Shown here one piece after another: positions 37,693 to 46,913 of a stretch of 64,000 nt of DNA (position 1 is its first letter; every line of letters begins with the position of its first letter). A program made the position numbers and the translations under genes. The stretch is from a virus: the IMG/VR virus record IMGVR_UViG_2930960728_000001. The stretch is one strand, 5' to 3'. Under the pieces are notes generated by a model. It worked only from the letters and a program-made list of their open reading frames with translations. It did no database searches and was not told where the DNA came from.

Positions 37693-38016
37693 CTATTTTT
37701 TTAGCCACTTGGTATTGTAATGGCCTTTAACAACCCAAACATAACCGCTAGTGTTCTTTAGCTTAGAAGACTTCAATGTCCAACTTAAATTGGCTGAATT
37801 ATAAACCTTAATTTTGGTTCCAATCTTTAAGCGCTTTTTTGCATGTGTTTTCCAATTTTGGGGATTAATTTGATAAGCAGTGACGGATTTTTTTACATGC
37901 ATCGTCCGGGTTTTATACCAATAGGAAGAATTGTACCCTGGTAAACTGGCTAATGCAGTAGTGGCTACACTACTTGAAAGCAATGCAACAGTTAATGTTA
38001 AACAGATTTTTTTCAT
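37693..38016 (-). CDS. Secreted hypothetical protein
   Basis: Signal peptide MKKICLTLTVALLSSSVATTALA; basic mature part. Confidence 0.7.
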   Translation of the reverse strand: MKKICLTLTVALLSSSVATTALASLPGYNSSYWYKTRTMHVKKSVTAYQINPQNWKTHAKKRLKIGTKIKVYNSANLSWTLKSSKLKNTSGYVWVVKGHYNTKWLKK

Positions 38017-38077
38017 GCTTTCCTCCTGGAATATGTACAGCTTTTAACGTCATCAGTTTTGGACAGTAGCTAAAAGT

Positions 38078-38095
38078 GAACGTATGTTTTATAAT
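38078..38095 (+). promoter_or_regulatory. LexA box-like site abutting a -10 box
   Basis: GAAC-GTAT-GTTT followed directly by TATAAT, 32 nt before ATG 38127. Confidence 0.6.
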
Positions 38096-38126
38096 TATTG
38101 CAACTAAAACTGGTGAGGTGATATAA

Positions 38127-38297
38127 ATGAATGAATTTGAACCTGTGGTTGAAAGGGCAGAATTGCAGCAAGTTATTCGAGTGGAACATGTTATAGGAAA
38201 AGGAACTGTTGATTCGCCAGTGAGAAAAGTTGTACAGTTCTGGACAACTGATGGCATAATGATTGGCGAAAAAGGAATCAATGAGCTCAATAAATAG
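38127..38297 (+). CDS. Small hypothetical protein (56 aa, absent from the ORF track)
   Basis: Translated by hand: MNEFEPVVERAELQQVIRVEHVIGKGTVDSPVRKVVQFWTTDGIMIGEKGINELNK; GAGGTG RBS. Confidence 0.7.
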   Translation: MNEFEPVVERAELQQVIRVEHVIGKGTVDSPVRKVVQFWTTDGIMIGEKGINELNK

Positions 38298-38308
38298 GGT
38301 TACTTTTA

Positions 38309-38944
38309 CTAGTTTTTGTTTACCAAATTGTGAGCTCGTTTGATTGATGCTTTCATCTCAATGTAATTAATCATGGCCCGAATCCACTCTTTTATATCAG
38401 CAACCTGGAATTCAGGATTCTGTCGATAGTAGTGAGTTTCATCATTTCCAATCCAAGCACTAGCAAGCGCTAACTCCCTGATACTTTCTTCGGGGAGTTT
38501 TTTAATTAGTTTAGATAGAGGGAGTTTTACAGACTCATCTTTGGTAACTAGCTTATTGGTTAGCACAAAATCAGTTACTAAATATTCAAGTGCTTTTCGA
38601 TATCCCATACCAGCAATCTGAGATAGGCCTATTTCTTCTGCTGTAGATGCTTGAGAATACGTCTTAATAAATGACGGCGACATCTTTTCAATGGATTTTG
38701 GAAAAGTCATATTTTCTGGTGAAAATATAGGGCTAACTAATTCAGTTCGCAAATAAGAACCACCGCTGGTGAAGAATAAATTGTAGGCGGTTGCTCGTCG
38801 ACAATTTTCACATCTTGAAACTATTACCTCTACTTCTTCGTTTTCATGAGAGCGGAAGAACGCTGTTTTGCTGAGTTGAGTTTGTATACCTGAATAGTTG
38901 CAGTGCGGACATTTTCTTGGAATATACATAAAGTTTTCGGACAT
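38309..38944 (-). CDS. DUF4145-like protein with N-terminal Zn finger
   Basis: CPHC...CENC; GMGYRKALEYLVTDF and AWIGNDETHY motifs. Confidence 0.8.
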   Translation of the reverse strand: MSENFMYIPRKCPHCNYSGIQTQLSKTAFFRSHENEEVEVIVSRCENCRRATAYNLFFTSGGSYLRTELVSPIFSPENMTFPKSIEKMSPSFIKTYSQASTAEEIGLSQIAGMGYRKALEYLVTDFVLTNKLVTKDESVKLPLSKLIKKLPEESIRELALASAWIGNDETHYYRQNPEFQVADIKEWIRAMINYIEMKASIKRAHNLVNKN

Positions 38945-38954
38945 AAAATTCTCC

Positions 38955-39365
38955 TTAGTCTGATATACACTTTTTAAATCGTGAAATTACAGCATTTAGT
39001 AGATAGTTGGGGATGCCAAATTGCTCCATAAATGGGGATACATTATTTAAGGTATATCCAGTAACATCAACATAAATTGGGATCAAAATGTCTAATCCGG
39101 TCATATTAGCCGCACGTTCATACTTTGACTTGTTAGAAAAACTAGAATAGTAGAGTGTTCCTTCATCGCCATTAACGACGTGTCCTAGTTCATGGGCCAT
39201 CTGGAATGGTATTTCTTTTTCTTCATGCCAATTCGTATTAACAACAATTGTTTTGGTATCAGGGCGGGATGCAGAAGGAGTATGGCTGTCAAAATGGTTA
39301 GTTAAAATTACGGTTATTTTATGATCGTATGCGTATTTCATAAGATTGACGATAATTACGTTCAT
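38955..39365 (-). CDS. ImmA/IrrE family anti-repressor metallopeptidase
   Basis: FQMAHELGHV (HEXXH), KYERAAN; directly downstream of the repressor. Confidence 0.88.
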   Translation of the reverse strand: MNVIIVNLMKYAYDHKITVILTNHFDSHTPSASRPDTKTIVVNTNWHEEKEIPFQMAHELGHVVNGDEGTLYYSSFSNKSKYERAANMTGLDILIPIYVDVTGYTLNNVSPFMEQFGIPNYLLNAVISRFKKCISD

Positions 39366-39369
39366 ACAG

Positions 39370-39750
39370 CTAGTCCTTCTTTCCGCCCCTGAGCAAACGC
39401 TCCATATACTCTAAGTCCTCATCAGATATTATTCGACCTTCAAAGGTCATAATTTTCTTTTTATCGTTGATTTGTTCCTTAAGGTCAACGTATTCGGGCT
39501 TGTCAGGGTCAGAATTGTTGTCAATATAGCCTGCTAACCTCATAAGATGGTCATAATCCGTTTCATATACCTCAGCCAAAATCTTTAGAGTTTCTGGGGT
39601 TGGCTTTATGATATTTCCCCGACGACTTTTGCCTTTTTCTAAATCAGAGATATATGAGTGGCTAAGTTTTCCATTGGTTTTATCGGCTACAGCGCGTAGT
39701 GACTGTGTTCCTCTTAAGGAACGTAAATATGGTCCTAATTTGTCTGCCAT
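39370..39750 (-). CDS. CI/ImmR-like XRE repressor
   Basis: LRSLRGTQSLRAVA...SHSYISDLEKG HTH; divergent from cro. Confidence 0.9.
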   Translation of the reverse strand: MADKLGPYLRSLRGTQSLRAVADKTNGKLSHSYISDLEKGKSRRGNIIKPTPETLKILAEVYETDYDHLMRLAGYIDNNSDPDKPEYVDLKEQINDKKKIMTFEGRIISDEDLEYMERLLRGGKKD

Positions 39751-39771
39751 TGTTTACACCTCCAAATGCAT

Positions 39772-39872
39772 TGTAATCTATAGTTTACAAAAATGATATT
39801 ATTTTTATGTAAGACATGGTTGACAAACGGTATTCTGTGGCATACAATAGTTTTTGTAAGATATGTCTTACA
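39772..39872. promoter_or_regulatory. Genetic switch: three 18-bp operators and the cro promoter
   Basis: TGT-N12-ACA sites at 39772, 39808 and 39855 (near-palindrome TGTAAGATATGTCTTACA); TTGACA(39820)-17 nt-TACAAT(39843). Confidence 0.8.
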
Positions 39873-39890
39873 AGTTGAGAGGTGAATAAG

Positions 39891-40118
39891 ATGCGCAACA
39901 ATATCAAATCCTTACGGCAAGAAATAAAAATGTCACAGACTACGCTGGCAAGAGAAGCTAAGATTTCTCGACCATATTTATCAGATATTGAAAACGGTCA
40001 TGTTCCCAGTTTGATAATTGCTTCTCGTATTGCGGGAGTATTAGGAAAGTCGATTGATGATGTTTTTTTTGCTAAAATGTCGTACATGGTTGACAAACGA
40101 CCTGAGGAGGTGAGCTGA
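39891..40118 (+). CDS. Cro-like XRE regulator
   Basis: IKSLRQEIKMSQTTLAREAKISRPYLSDIENG HTH. Confidence 0.88.
   Translation: MRNNIKSLRQEIKMSQTTLAREAKISRPYLSDIENGHVPSLIIASRIAGVLGKSIDDVFFAKMSYMVDKRPEEVS
40078..40095. promoter_or_regulatory. Fourth operator at the 3' end of cro
   Basis: TGTCGTACATGGTTGACA, sharing ACATGGTTGACAAACG exactly with the 39808 site. Confidence 0.7.
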
Positions 40119-40294
40119 TGAAGGTAAGATTCAGTTCAGAACTCAACGATCGGATTAAGAAATTTAAACCAGAGGGTTTCTGGGAAAGGTTTTCTGATTT
40201 CACTGATAGACACTGGATTTTCGTTAAGTTTGTCTGGCCAGTCATTGTGGCAATCATAGTTCCATTCATAGTTGTGGGGCTAATGCGAAAGTAG
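40118..40294 (+). CDS. Small membrane protein (58 aa)
   Basis: Translated by hand; GGAGGTG RBS; C-terminal TM. Confidence 0.6.
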   Translation: MKVRFSSELNDRIKKFKPEGFWERFSDFTDRHWIFVKFVWPVIVAIIVPFIVVGLMRK

Positions 40295-40387
40295 GTAGCT
40301 CGGATAGCGCTATGTCATACCCAAATTTGAGTTTTACCAGCTGGATTTTCTTTCTCAATTTTGAATTTAACGTTAGGAGGTGAGCTG

Positions 40388-40573
40388 ATGGAGAAAGAAG
40401 AGTTCCAAAGTGCAGTTCTTACAGAACTTCGTAGTTTAAACAAAACGCTCAAGGTTATCGCTAGTAACCAAGAGCGTCACGAAACGTCATTGTCATCGGA
40501 TGAATTGTCCAAAAAAGTCAAAAATGACATCCGGCAAACCATGAGAAACGTAGAGAAAGAATTATTTAGCTGA
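40388..40573 (+). CDS. Small hypothetical protein
   Basis: GGAGGTG RBS, MEKEEFQSAVL start. Confidence 0.6.
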   Translation: MEKEEFQSAVLTELRSLNKTLKVIASNQERHETSLSSDELSKKVKNDIRQTMRNVEKELFS

Positions 40574-40828
40574 TGTGTCGTCAACTAAGAACTCTTCTAG
40601 AAGGTTATGAACTGCTCGAAGAGTGGATACTTGAAAGCTGCTGCTAACTTTAGTGGCGATCTTTGATGCTATGAGATTACTATCCGAATTATTGTTAATG
40701 ATTTCAGTCACGGAATCTCCAATTTTTGATACAAACTTTTCAGTATTCTGGTCGTCCAAGGCAGTTTTAACAATTTTATTGAAACGCTCTTCAAATTCTG
40801 CTTTTTCCATGATTATCACCTCCTTCAA
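40562..40828 (-). CDS. Hypothetical protein, convergent insert
   Basis: GGAGGTG RBS before the internal ATG (MEKAEF). Confidence 0.55.
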   Translation of the reverse strand: MKEVIIMEKAEFEERFNKIVKTALDDQNTEKFVSKIGDSVTEIINNNSDSNLIASKIATKVSSSFQVSTLRAVHNLLEEFLVDDTSAK

Positions 40829-40966
40829 GTATCAATTGTACCAGAGAAGGTGGCTAATATTATTTTTTCAAAGACCGGGGGGTGACATTATGTTCAAATT
40901 TCTAGCAGCGGTATTACTGATTCTCGTGATTGGACACTGTTCATCAAACTAATAGGAGGTGGCAAA

Positions 40967-41131
40967 ATGACACGACTACAGAAAATTCGGTTTGTAGCTG
41001 AAAGTAGCAATCATTCAATGGCAATGATTATGGCTATGGTTGAAGCAAATGGTGATGACTATCTTGGCCGATTGTTCATGATCGAGTGTGCTAAATCCGA
41101 CGACCAGTCATTTGAACTCCAGTATCAATGA
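40967..41131 (+). CDS. Small hypothetical protein (54 aa)
   Basis: Translated by hand (MTRLQKIRFVAES...); AGGAGG RBS. Confidence 0.55.
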   Translation: MTRLQKIRFVAESSNHSMAMIMAMVEANGDDYLGRLFMIECAKSDDQSFELQYQ

Positions 41132-41191
41132 TAACTGTGAGCTTAGGAAAAGTGATTGAATCCAATTTCCAATCACGATGGGAGGAAAAAG

Positions 41192-41701
41192 ATGCAAAGT
41201 AAATTTTCGGAACAACTAACGCTTGCCCTAGATGGGATTCAGGGCTCGCTAACGCATAAGCAAGTAGCTGGTAAGGTTCACGTATCTGTTGGTCAGCTAA
41301 GTCGTTTAAAGAACGGCACTCGTAACACAGACAAGCCAACACGAATATCGTTGGCGGACGCACTGCAAAGTATTTGGCTTAATTTTTCTGGGGCACGGGA
41401 GGATTACCATATTCCGTCTTTTATGAAAAATAAGACCAAGCATAACGATGTGATGGCGGCCTTGTTTCAACAGCGAAAAGAAGAGAATGAGCGGCGACAG
41501 TTGGAAGATGCATTCGATGAGGCCATCGGCACTAAGCCGGAGCTTCGATCACCGCAGCAACAACAACTAATCCGAGATTACTTCAAAGAATATGTTGAAG
41601 AAATTGGGGCTGAGAACACGGACATTGTAATGAAGGCCCAATATGCTGGGGTTCAACTGCAAAGCTATTTTGATAGATATAACAATCAATATGGAGGGTG
41701 A
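41192..41701 (+). CDS. XRE-type HTH early regulator
   Basis: LTHKQVAGKVHVSVGQLSRLKNG HTH; GGGAGG RBS. Confidence 0.72.
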   Translation: MQSKFSEQLTLALDGIQGSLTHKQVAGKVHVSVGQLSRLKNGTRNTDKPTRISLADALQSIWLNFSGAREDYHIPSFMKNKTKHNDVMAALFQQRKEENERRQLEDAFDEAIGTKPELRSPQQQQLIRDYFKEYVEEIGAENTDIVMKAQYAGVQLQSYFDRYNNQYGG

Positions 41702-41705
41702 GGCT

Positions 41706-41981
41706 ATGTCTGCATTTGATCCACAAGCAGTTGCGGAAAAGGTCATTGAGAGTCGTGTTGACGATCTTCTTAACGAAGACCAACAATTTCAAATTTCCGT
41801 TAACATTAAGCAACTTGCCACGATGACAGGTTCCTCAGTATCAACGCTTGAGACAACATTTGTCCCACTGTCATATGTGCAGGAACTGCAACGTAAGGTT
41901 GGCGAAAAAGGCAGAAAACGAGTTTGGATTTATCCAGAAATTCGTGATGCTTGGCTTCGATATCTTGATGAAAGGGGGTAA
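41706..41981 (+). CDS. Excisionase-like / DUF771-like DNA-binding protein
   Basis: IKQLATMTGSSVSTLE HTH and RVWIYPEIRDAW wing. Confidence 0.55.
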   Translation: MSAFDPQAVAEKVIESRVDDLLNEDQQFQISVNIKQLATMTGSSVSTLETTFVPLSYVQELQRKVGEKGRKRVWIYPEIRDAWLRYLDERG

Positions 41982-41986
41982 TTAGA

Positions 41987-42145
41987 ATGGATTTGTTTTA
42001 TTACTATGTCGGCGAGTGTGTGTCATGGTTCGGATTGATTTCTGGGGCAATGTTCCTAGGATTCAAGCTTTCTGAGAGTGTTCACGACATGGGCGGCTGG
42101 AAAGCATGGGCAATGGATTTCTTCGGATTGGAGGACAAAAAATGA
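41987..42145 (+). CDS. Small membrane protein (52 aa)
   Basis: Translated by hand (MDLFYYYVGECVSWFGLISGAMFLGF...); AAAGGGGG RBS. Confidence 0.55.
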   Translation: MDLFYYYVGECVSWFGLISGAMFLGFKLSESVHDMGGWKAWAMDFFGLEDKK

Positions 42146-42254
42146 CATTTTGGCATAAAAAAAGAGCCCTGAGTGGCAGCTCAGAACTCGAAGATAAATT
42201 ACATTTATCATACTTTTTCAATATCAATTCTACCTCAGACGGGCGGTGGTTGCA

Positions 42255-42569
42255 ATGGCATTAGGTGGCATGACAGCCTCTTATACTCAGTTGTACCGGC
42301 ACCAGGACGATGCAAGCACGGCCGCTCCCGAAGTGTTAGATACCAACGGCGAGCCATTACTGATCAATAGCCGCTACTGGGTCGTTGACGACAAAGAACA
42401 ACCAACATATATCTACAATGACTTGATTGACGTTGATAACTACCTTGAAAACTTCAAGGATGGCGGTCACGACAGCTATCAGAGTGCTGTACTGGCACTT
42501 TATGGGTACTGCCCAGAGGTGCGACTAGTCACCTATCTTGGCCGTAACAAGTTTGAGGAGGAGAAATAA
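42255..42569 (+). CDS. Hypothetical phage protein
   Basis: ORF abutting yqaJ. Confidence 0.55.
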   Translation: MALGGMTASYTQLYRHQDDASTAAPEVLDTNGEPLLINSRYWVVDDKEQPTYIYNDLIDVDNYLENFKDGGHDSYQSAVLALYGYCPEVRLVTYLGRNKFEEEK

Positions 42570-43456
42570 TGGATGAAGTTAAAGAGCGTTTACGTCCAAA
42601 GGTCGAGATGACCTACAAGATGAACCGCTATCAGTGGCTAGAGCATCGCCGTAAGGGAATTGGCGGTTCAGATGTGTCTGCTATTTTGGGCTTCAATAGT
42701 TGGCGTTCACCGTTCGAAGTGTGGGCCGACAAAACAGGCCAATTGCCAATTGATGATAGTGGTAATGAATTTACCCATTGGGGAAATATTATGGAGCCCA
42801 TAATTGCTCAAGAGTTTCAGCGACAAACTGGTAAGAAGGTCCATCGTCAAAACAAAACATTCGTTGATCCTGAGTATGACTTTTTACGGGCAGACATCGA
42901 CCGGGATATCGTTGGCGAGCCTGGTTTCCTTGAAATCAAAACAGCTATGGAATTTAAGTCCTCAGAATGGGTCGATGATGAGATTCCACCAGCATACTTG
43001 CTACAGGTTCAACACTATATGATGGTTCTTGATCGTCCTTACTGCTACTTCGCAACCCTAATCGGCGGACACCACTTCATTACTAAACGGGTAGACAGAG
43101 ATGATGAATTAATTGCTACCATGCGTCGGCAAATTGTTGATTGGTGGGATAAGCACATTATCCAAGGCATTCCGCCGGAAGTTGATGGGTCCGACTCAAC
43201 GACCAATGTTCTAAAGCAGTTGCATCATAAGACCGAAGGACAGCCAATCATCTTAGATGATGACTTGGATAAATTACTGGTTGAGCGTGAACACCTCAAA
43301 GAGGGGCTCAAGACTTACAACAATGATATCAAAACAACTGAAAACAAGGTTCGCGCGGCAATGCTAACTACTGAGGTTGGCACGTCAGAACATTTCGTCG
43401 TTACTAATCGACTTACCAAAAAAGGCAATCGCGTACTACGGATTAAGGAGAGGTAA
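42569..43456 (+). CDS. YqaJ-like viral recombinase exonuclease
   Basis: WLEHRRKGIGGSD, WGNIMEP, ADIDR, LEIKT and QVQHYM motifs. Confidence 0.92.
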   Translation: MDEVKERLRPKVEMTYKMNRYQWLEHRRKGIGGSDVSAILGFNSWRSPFEVWADKTGQLPIDDSGNEFTHWGNIMEPIIAQEFQRQTGKKVHRQNKTFVDPEYDFLRADIDRDIVGEPGFLEIKTAMEFKSSEWVDDEIPPAYLLQVQHYMMVLDRPYCYFATLIGGHHFITKRVDRDDELIATMRRQIVDWWDKHIIQGIPPEVDGSDSTTNVLKQLHHKTEGQPIILDDDLDKLLVEREHLKEGLKTYNNDIKTTENKVRAAMLTTEVGTSEHFVVTNRLTKKGNRVLRIKER

Positions 43457-43458
43457 AG

Positions 43459-44411
43459 ATGGCTACTAATAACACTTTAAACCAAGCGTTAAATACGCAA
43501 CCGCAAAAGGTCAGCGCTAAAAATGCGTCAATCAAAGTTCTACTTGAATCACCAACAATTCAAGCTAAATTCCAAAATGTATTGAAGGAAAAATCATCAG
43601 GATTCGTTAGTTCTGTTCTAAATGTTGTTAACACGAATGGCTATCTAGCGGATGCTCAGCCAATGTCCATTATGACTAGCGCGATGGTTGCAGCAACTTT
43701 GGATTTGCCGATTGATCCCAACCTTGGCTATGCCTACATCGTTCCATTTAACAGCATGAACAAAGAAACCGATCGATGGGAGAAAAAAGCTCAATTAATC
43801 ATTGGTTACAAAGGCTACATTCAATTGGCACAACGATCGGGGCAGTATCGTAAGTTAAATGTGGCCCCGATTCCTGAGGGGCATTCATTTCATGGAACCC
43901 GTTGGCTGAGGAACTAAAGTATGATTTCACCAAAGCCACTTCGGATAAGGCTGTAGGATATGCAGGCTATTTTGAACTTCTAAATGGATTTACTAAAACC
44001 GTTTATTGGACTCGTGACCAAGTAGAGGCACATCGGGTAGCCAATAACAAAGCTAAGGACAAACGAGCACTAACTGGTGTATGGCGTGATAACTACGATG
44101 CTATGGCAACTAAAACAGTGCTAAGAAGTATGTTAGGCCGCTGGGGAATCTTGTCCATTGAAATGCAAAACGCTGTCAGTAAAGATGAGAAGGCTCAAAC
44201 GTTGGATGATAATGACCAGCTGGTGGAAGATCGGTTGGACATCACTGATGACGCAACTAACTCTGATAGTGATAATGCGGCGGCAGACGCAAACAAATCG
44301 TCTGATAGTTCATCCAAAGCCAAAACAGTGCAATCAAGCAAAAGTAATTCCAGCCTAACAGAGCAACAGCAAAAGGATATTTACGATGCCATTAATGGTG
44401 ATAAAAAATAA
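43459..44411 (+). CDS. recT: RecT single-strand annealing protein (one-base frameshift near 43878, probably a sequencing error)
   Basis: LPIDPNLGYAYIVPF, IIGYKGYIQLAQRSGQY and MATKTVLR motifs; adding one G in gaggggca gives EGAFISWNPLAEE. Confidence 0.9.
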
Positions 44412-44439
44412 TCATATAGGCAAGTTAGGAGGTGCGTAA

Positions 44440-45380
44440 ATGGCACGTCCAATAAAAAAGGAATTGATTACTATTCAATAGATGTTGATTTTCTCAGAGA
44501 TATCAAGATTCGAAAAATCATGCGTTCTTGTGGAATCGCTACAGGGTCCATCTTGCTGAGCCTGCTGGGTAATATTTATCGTGATGAAGGGTATTACGCC
44601 GTGTGGGATTCAGATATGTGCTTCTTGGTGGCTGACGAAGTCGGTACCAAGGAAAGTGCGGTAGATGAGCTGGTAAAACGGGCCACAGAAGTTGGATTTT
44701 TCGATAATGGCATGTTTGAAAAATATCACATTTTAACTTCCCATGGTATTCAGGCTAGATATGAGCAGGCGGCACGCCAGAAGAAAAATCATCATATCGA
44801 ACCAAAATTTAGTTTATTGCGGGTTTCCAACGTTGGAAACCAAGTAACCAACACCGATAACCCCGTTTCCAACGTTGAGAGTACACAAAGTATATTAAAT
44901 GATACTAAAGGAAATAATAGTAAATCAGATAATACTAAGCCCAAGGTGACTGATGACCAGCTTCGAGAAAGATTCAATCTTGGATTTTGGCTAACCTATC
45001 CAAAAAAACAAGGATTCGATAAGGCATTCGATGAGTTTAAGATTGCCATTGACAACGGATTTAGTCCCGATGACATTGAAACTGGTGCCAAGAAGTATGC
45101 AGAATACTGCAAAATTAAAAAACGGACTGAGCAGTATACCAAGAATCCTGATAACTGGATTGCCGAGCACAGGTGGACTGACACATTGGATATGCTGCCT
45201 GATCCACCGCGTCAGGGGCAGAAGACAAACACCAAAGAAACCTTGCCAGACTGGGCACAATCGGGAACCACTCCAACGGCTACCCGAACGGAACTAACGC
45301 CTGAACAACAGGAAAAAATCAACATGCGGATAGCGCGACTACAGCAGAATGGAAAAACAGAACGGGAGGCTACATCATGA
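44440..45380 (+). CDS. Replication initiator (DUF4373/Lin1244-like N-terminus; frameshift near 44460, probably a sequencing error)
   Basis: MARPIKKGIDY...DIKIR after a one-base correction; LTSHGIQARY; FWLTYPKK C-terminal domain; AGGAGG RBS. Confidence 0.82.
44823..44940. other. Putative replication origin inside the initiator gene
   Basis: Perfect 18-bp palindrome GTTTCCAACGTTGGAAAC, a 13-bp repeat at 44865 and an adjacent AT-rich tract. Confidence 0.5.
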
Positions 45381-46078
45381 ACGACTTAGTAATTATGAAA
45401 AATCGACAGGCAGTTACTACGAGCCTGCAAGTAGCAGAGACTTTTGGCAAAAATCACCGCGATGTTTTGCGGGCTATTGATGACATGAAAGATGTGCGCA
45501 ATTTTGCGCAGATGTACGTTGAGAGTGATATTCCGGACTCCTATGGACGTTCGCGGCGGGCTTACTACATGAACCGCGATGGATTTACGCTGCTGGCAAT
45601 GGGCTTTACAGGAAAACGTGCGACTAACTTTAAGTTGGACTACATTGAAGCCTTTAACACAATGGAAAAGCAGGTTAAGTTACCGATGACACCTGAGGAA
45701 CGGCTTCAATTAGCCATGGAAAATAGCAATCGGGCGAATCATCGTCTGACTGACGTTGAAGAACGGGTGGACGACTTGGAGAGCAATGCCAAACTTGATC
45801 CGTCCGAGTACGCCCATATCGGTAAACGCGTGAACAAGGCAGTTAGCGATTACGTGAAGGTTCATCGTCTGCAGCTGACTCGTAAACAACGAAGTGAGCT
45901 ATACAAAGACATTAGCAATGGCCTTAATCAAGTAACTGGCGTCCGCACACGTACTCAGATTCGTGAAAGGGACTTCGACAAGGCCGAAAAGTTCATTGAT
46001 GATTGGCGGCCAAGCACTGCTACCAAAATGTTGATTCAGCAGACAGAATTACCATTGGCAGGTGTCGCCGGTGATTGA
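45377..46078 (+). CDS. Rha family regulator with ORF6C-like C-terminus
   Basis: TTSLQVAETFGKNHRDVLRAI, YYMNRDGFTLLAMGFTG and FKLDYIEAFNTME motifs. Confidence 0.9.
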   Translation: MNDLVIMKNRQAVTTSLQVAETFGKNHRDVLRAIDDMKDVRNFAQMYVESDIPDSYGRSRRAYYMNRDGFTLLAMGFTGKRATNFKLDYIEAFNTMEKQVKLPMTPEERLQLAMENSNRANHRLTDVEERVDDLESNAKLDPSEYAHIGKRVNKAVSDYVKVHRLQLTRKQRSELYKDISNGLNQVTGVRTRTQIRERDFDKAEKFIDDWRPSTATKMLIQQTELPLAGVAGD

Positions 46079-46490
46079 GTTAGTTGTATATGGCGAGCCA
46101 GTTCCAGCAGCGCGGCCACGTTTTAATCGTAGCGGACATGCGTATGATCCATTAAAAAGTCGGACGTATAAGCAGTATGTGTCATTAGAAGCTAGTAAAA
46201 AGTATCACGGTGATCTAATTGGTAAAAGACCATTGTCGGTACACATCGCCATTTATCGACCAATACAGACCAGTATCAGTAACATTGAACATGCTAGGCG
46301 GGCCCAGAACATTCATCGGCCGATAGTTAAGCCTGACACGTCCAATTACGTCAAACTCATCGAAGACGCGCTCACGGGTGTTATCTGGAAAGATGACAAC
46401 TGTATTGTTGATTTAACAGCCAGCAAGTACTACTCGGACGATCCGCGGATTGAAGTCACAGTCACGGAGGCGAAGCAATGGTTAGATTAA
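46071..46490 (+). CDS. rusA: RusA Holliday junction resolvase
   Basis: GEPVPAARPR and KPDTSNYVKLIEDALTGVIWKDD motifs. Confidence 0.9.
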   Translation: MIELVVYGEPVPAARPRFNRSGHAYDPLKSRTYKQYVSLEASKKYHGDLIGKRPLSVHIAIYRPIQTSISNIEHARRAQNIHRPIVKPDTSNYVKLIEDALTGVIWKDDNCIVDLTASKYYSDDPRIEVTVTEAKQWLD

Positions 46491-46740
46491 TTACGGGTGC
46501 CGGTCGTCAATCTGACAGTGATTATACCCAACGCAAGAAACGCCACTCCCGTAAGGTGGAGAAACGGTTAAACAATCAAGCTAAGCAACGTTCAGTGGCT
46601 CGCTATGACCAGCGAACGTGGCCCAATATGTCGTACAGCGCTAAAGACTTACGAGAGCGGAACAATGAGACTGGCGCAGGGTTAAATGGACGCCCCAAGG
46701 TTTGGTTGTGCTAGAAGAACAACAATCAGAAAAGTCGTGA
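46478..46740 (+). CDS. Hypothetical basic protein (probable one-base frameshift near 46680)
   Basis: ORF 46478..46714; adding one G gives AGVKWTPQGLVVLEEQQSEKS* ending near 46740. Confidence 0.45.
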
Positions 46741-46913
46741 TTAGATTCATGTTATTAAGACTATCAAGTGAACATGGTTGTATAGAGTGTCGGCTAGGTT
46801 ATGCTCGGAAGCATTACTTGGGACACATACCAACGTGGAAAATCAAGGCTGCTATATGGCAGCAGAAAAAGCCAGTCATCAATGGCTGGCGAGTGGAAGT
46901 GATTAAACGATGA
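46737..46913 (+). CDS. Small hypothetical protein
   Basis: GTG start within ORF 46686, overlapping the dam start. Confidence 0.4.
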   Translation: MIRFMLLRLSSEHGCIECRLGYARKHYLGHIPTWKIKAAIWQQKKPVINGWRVEVIKR

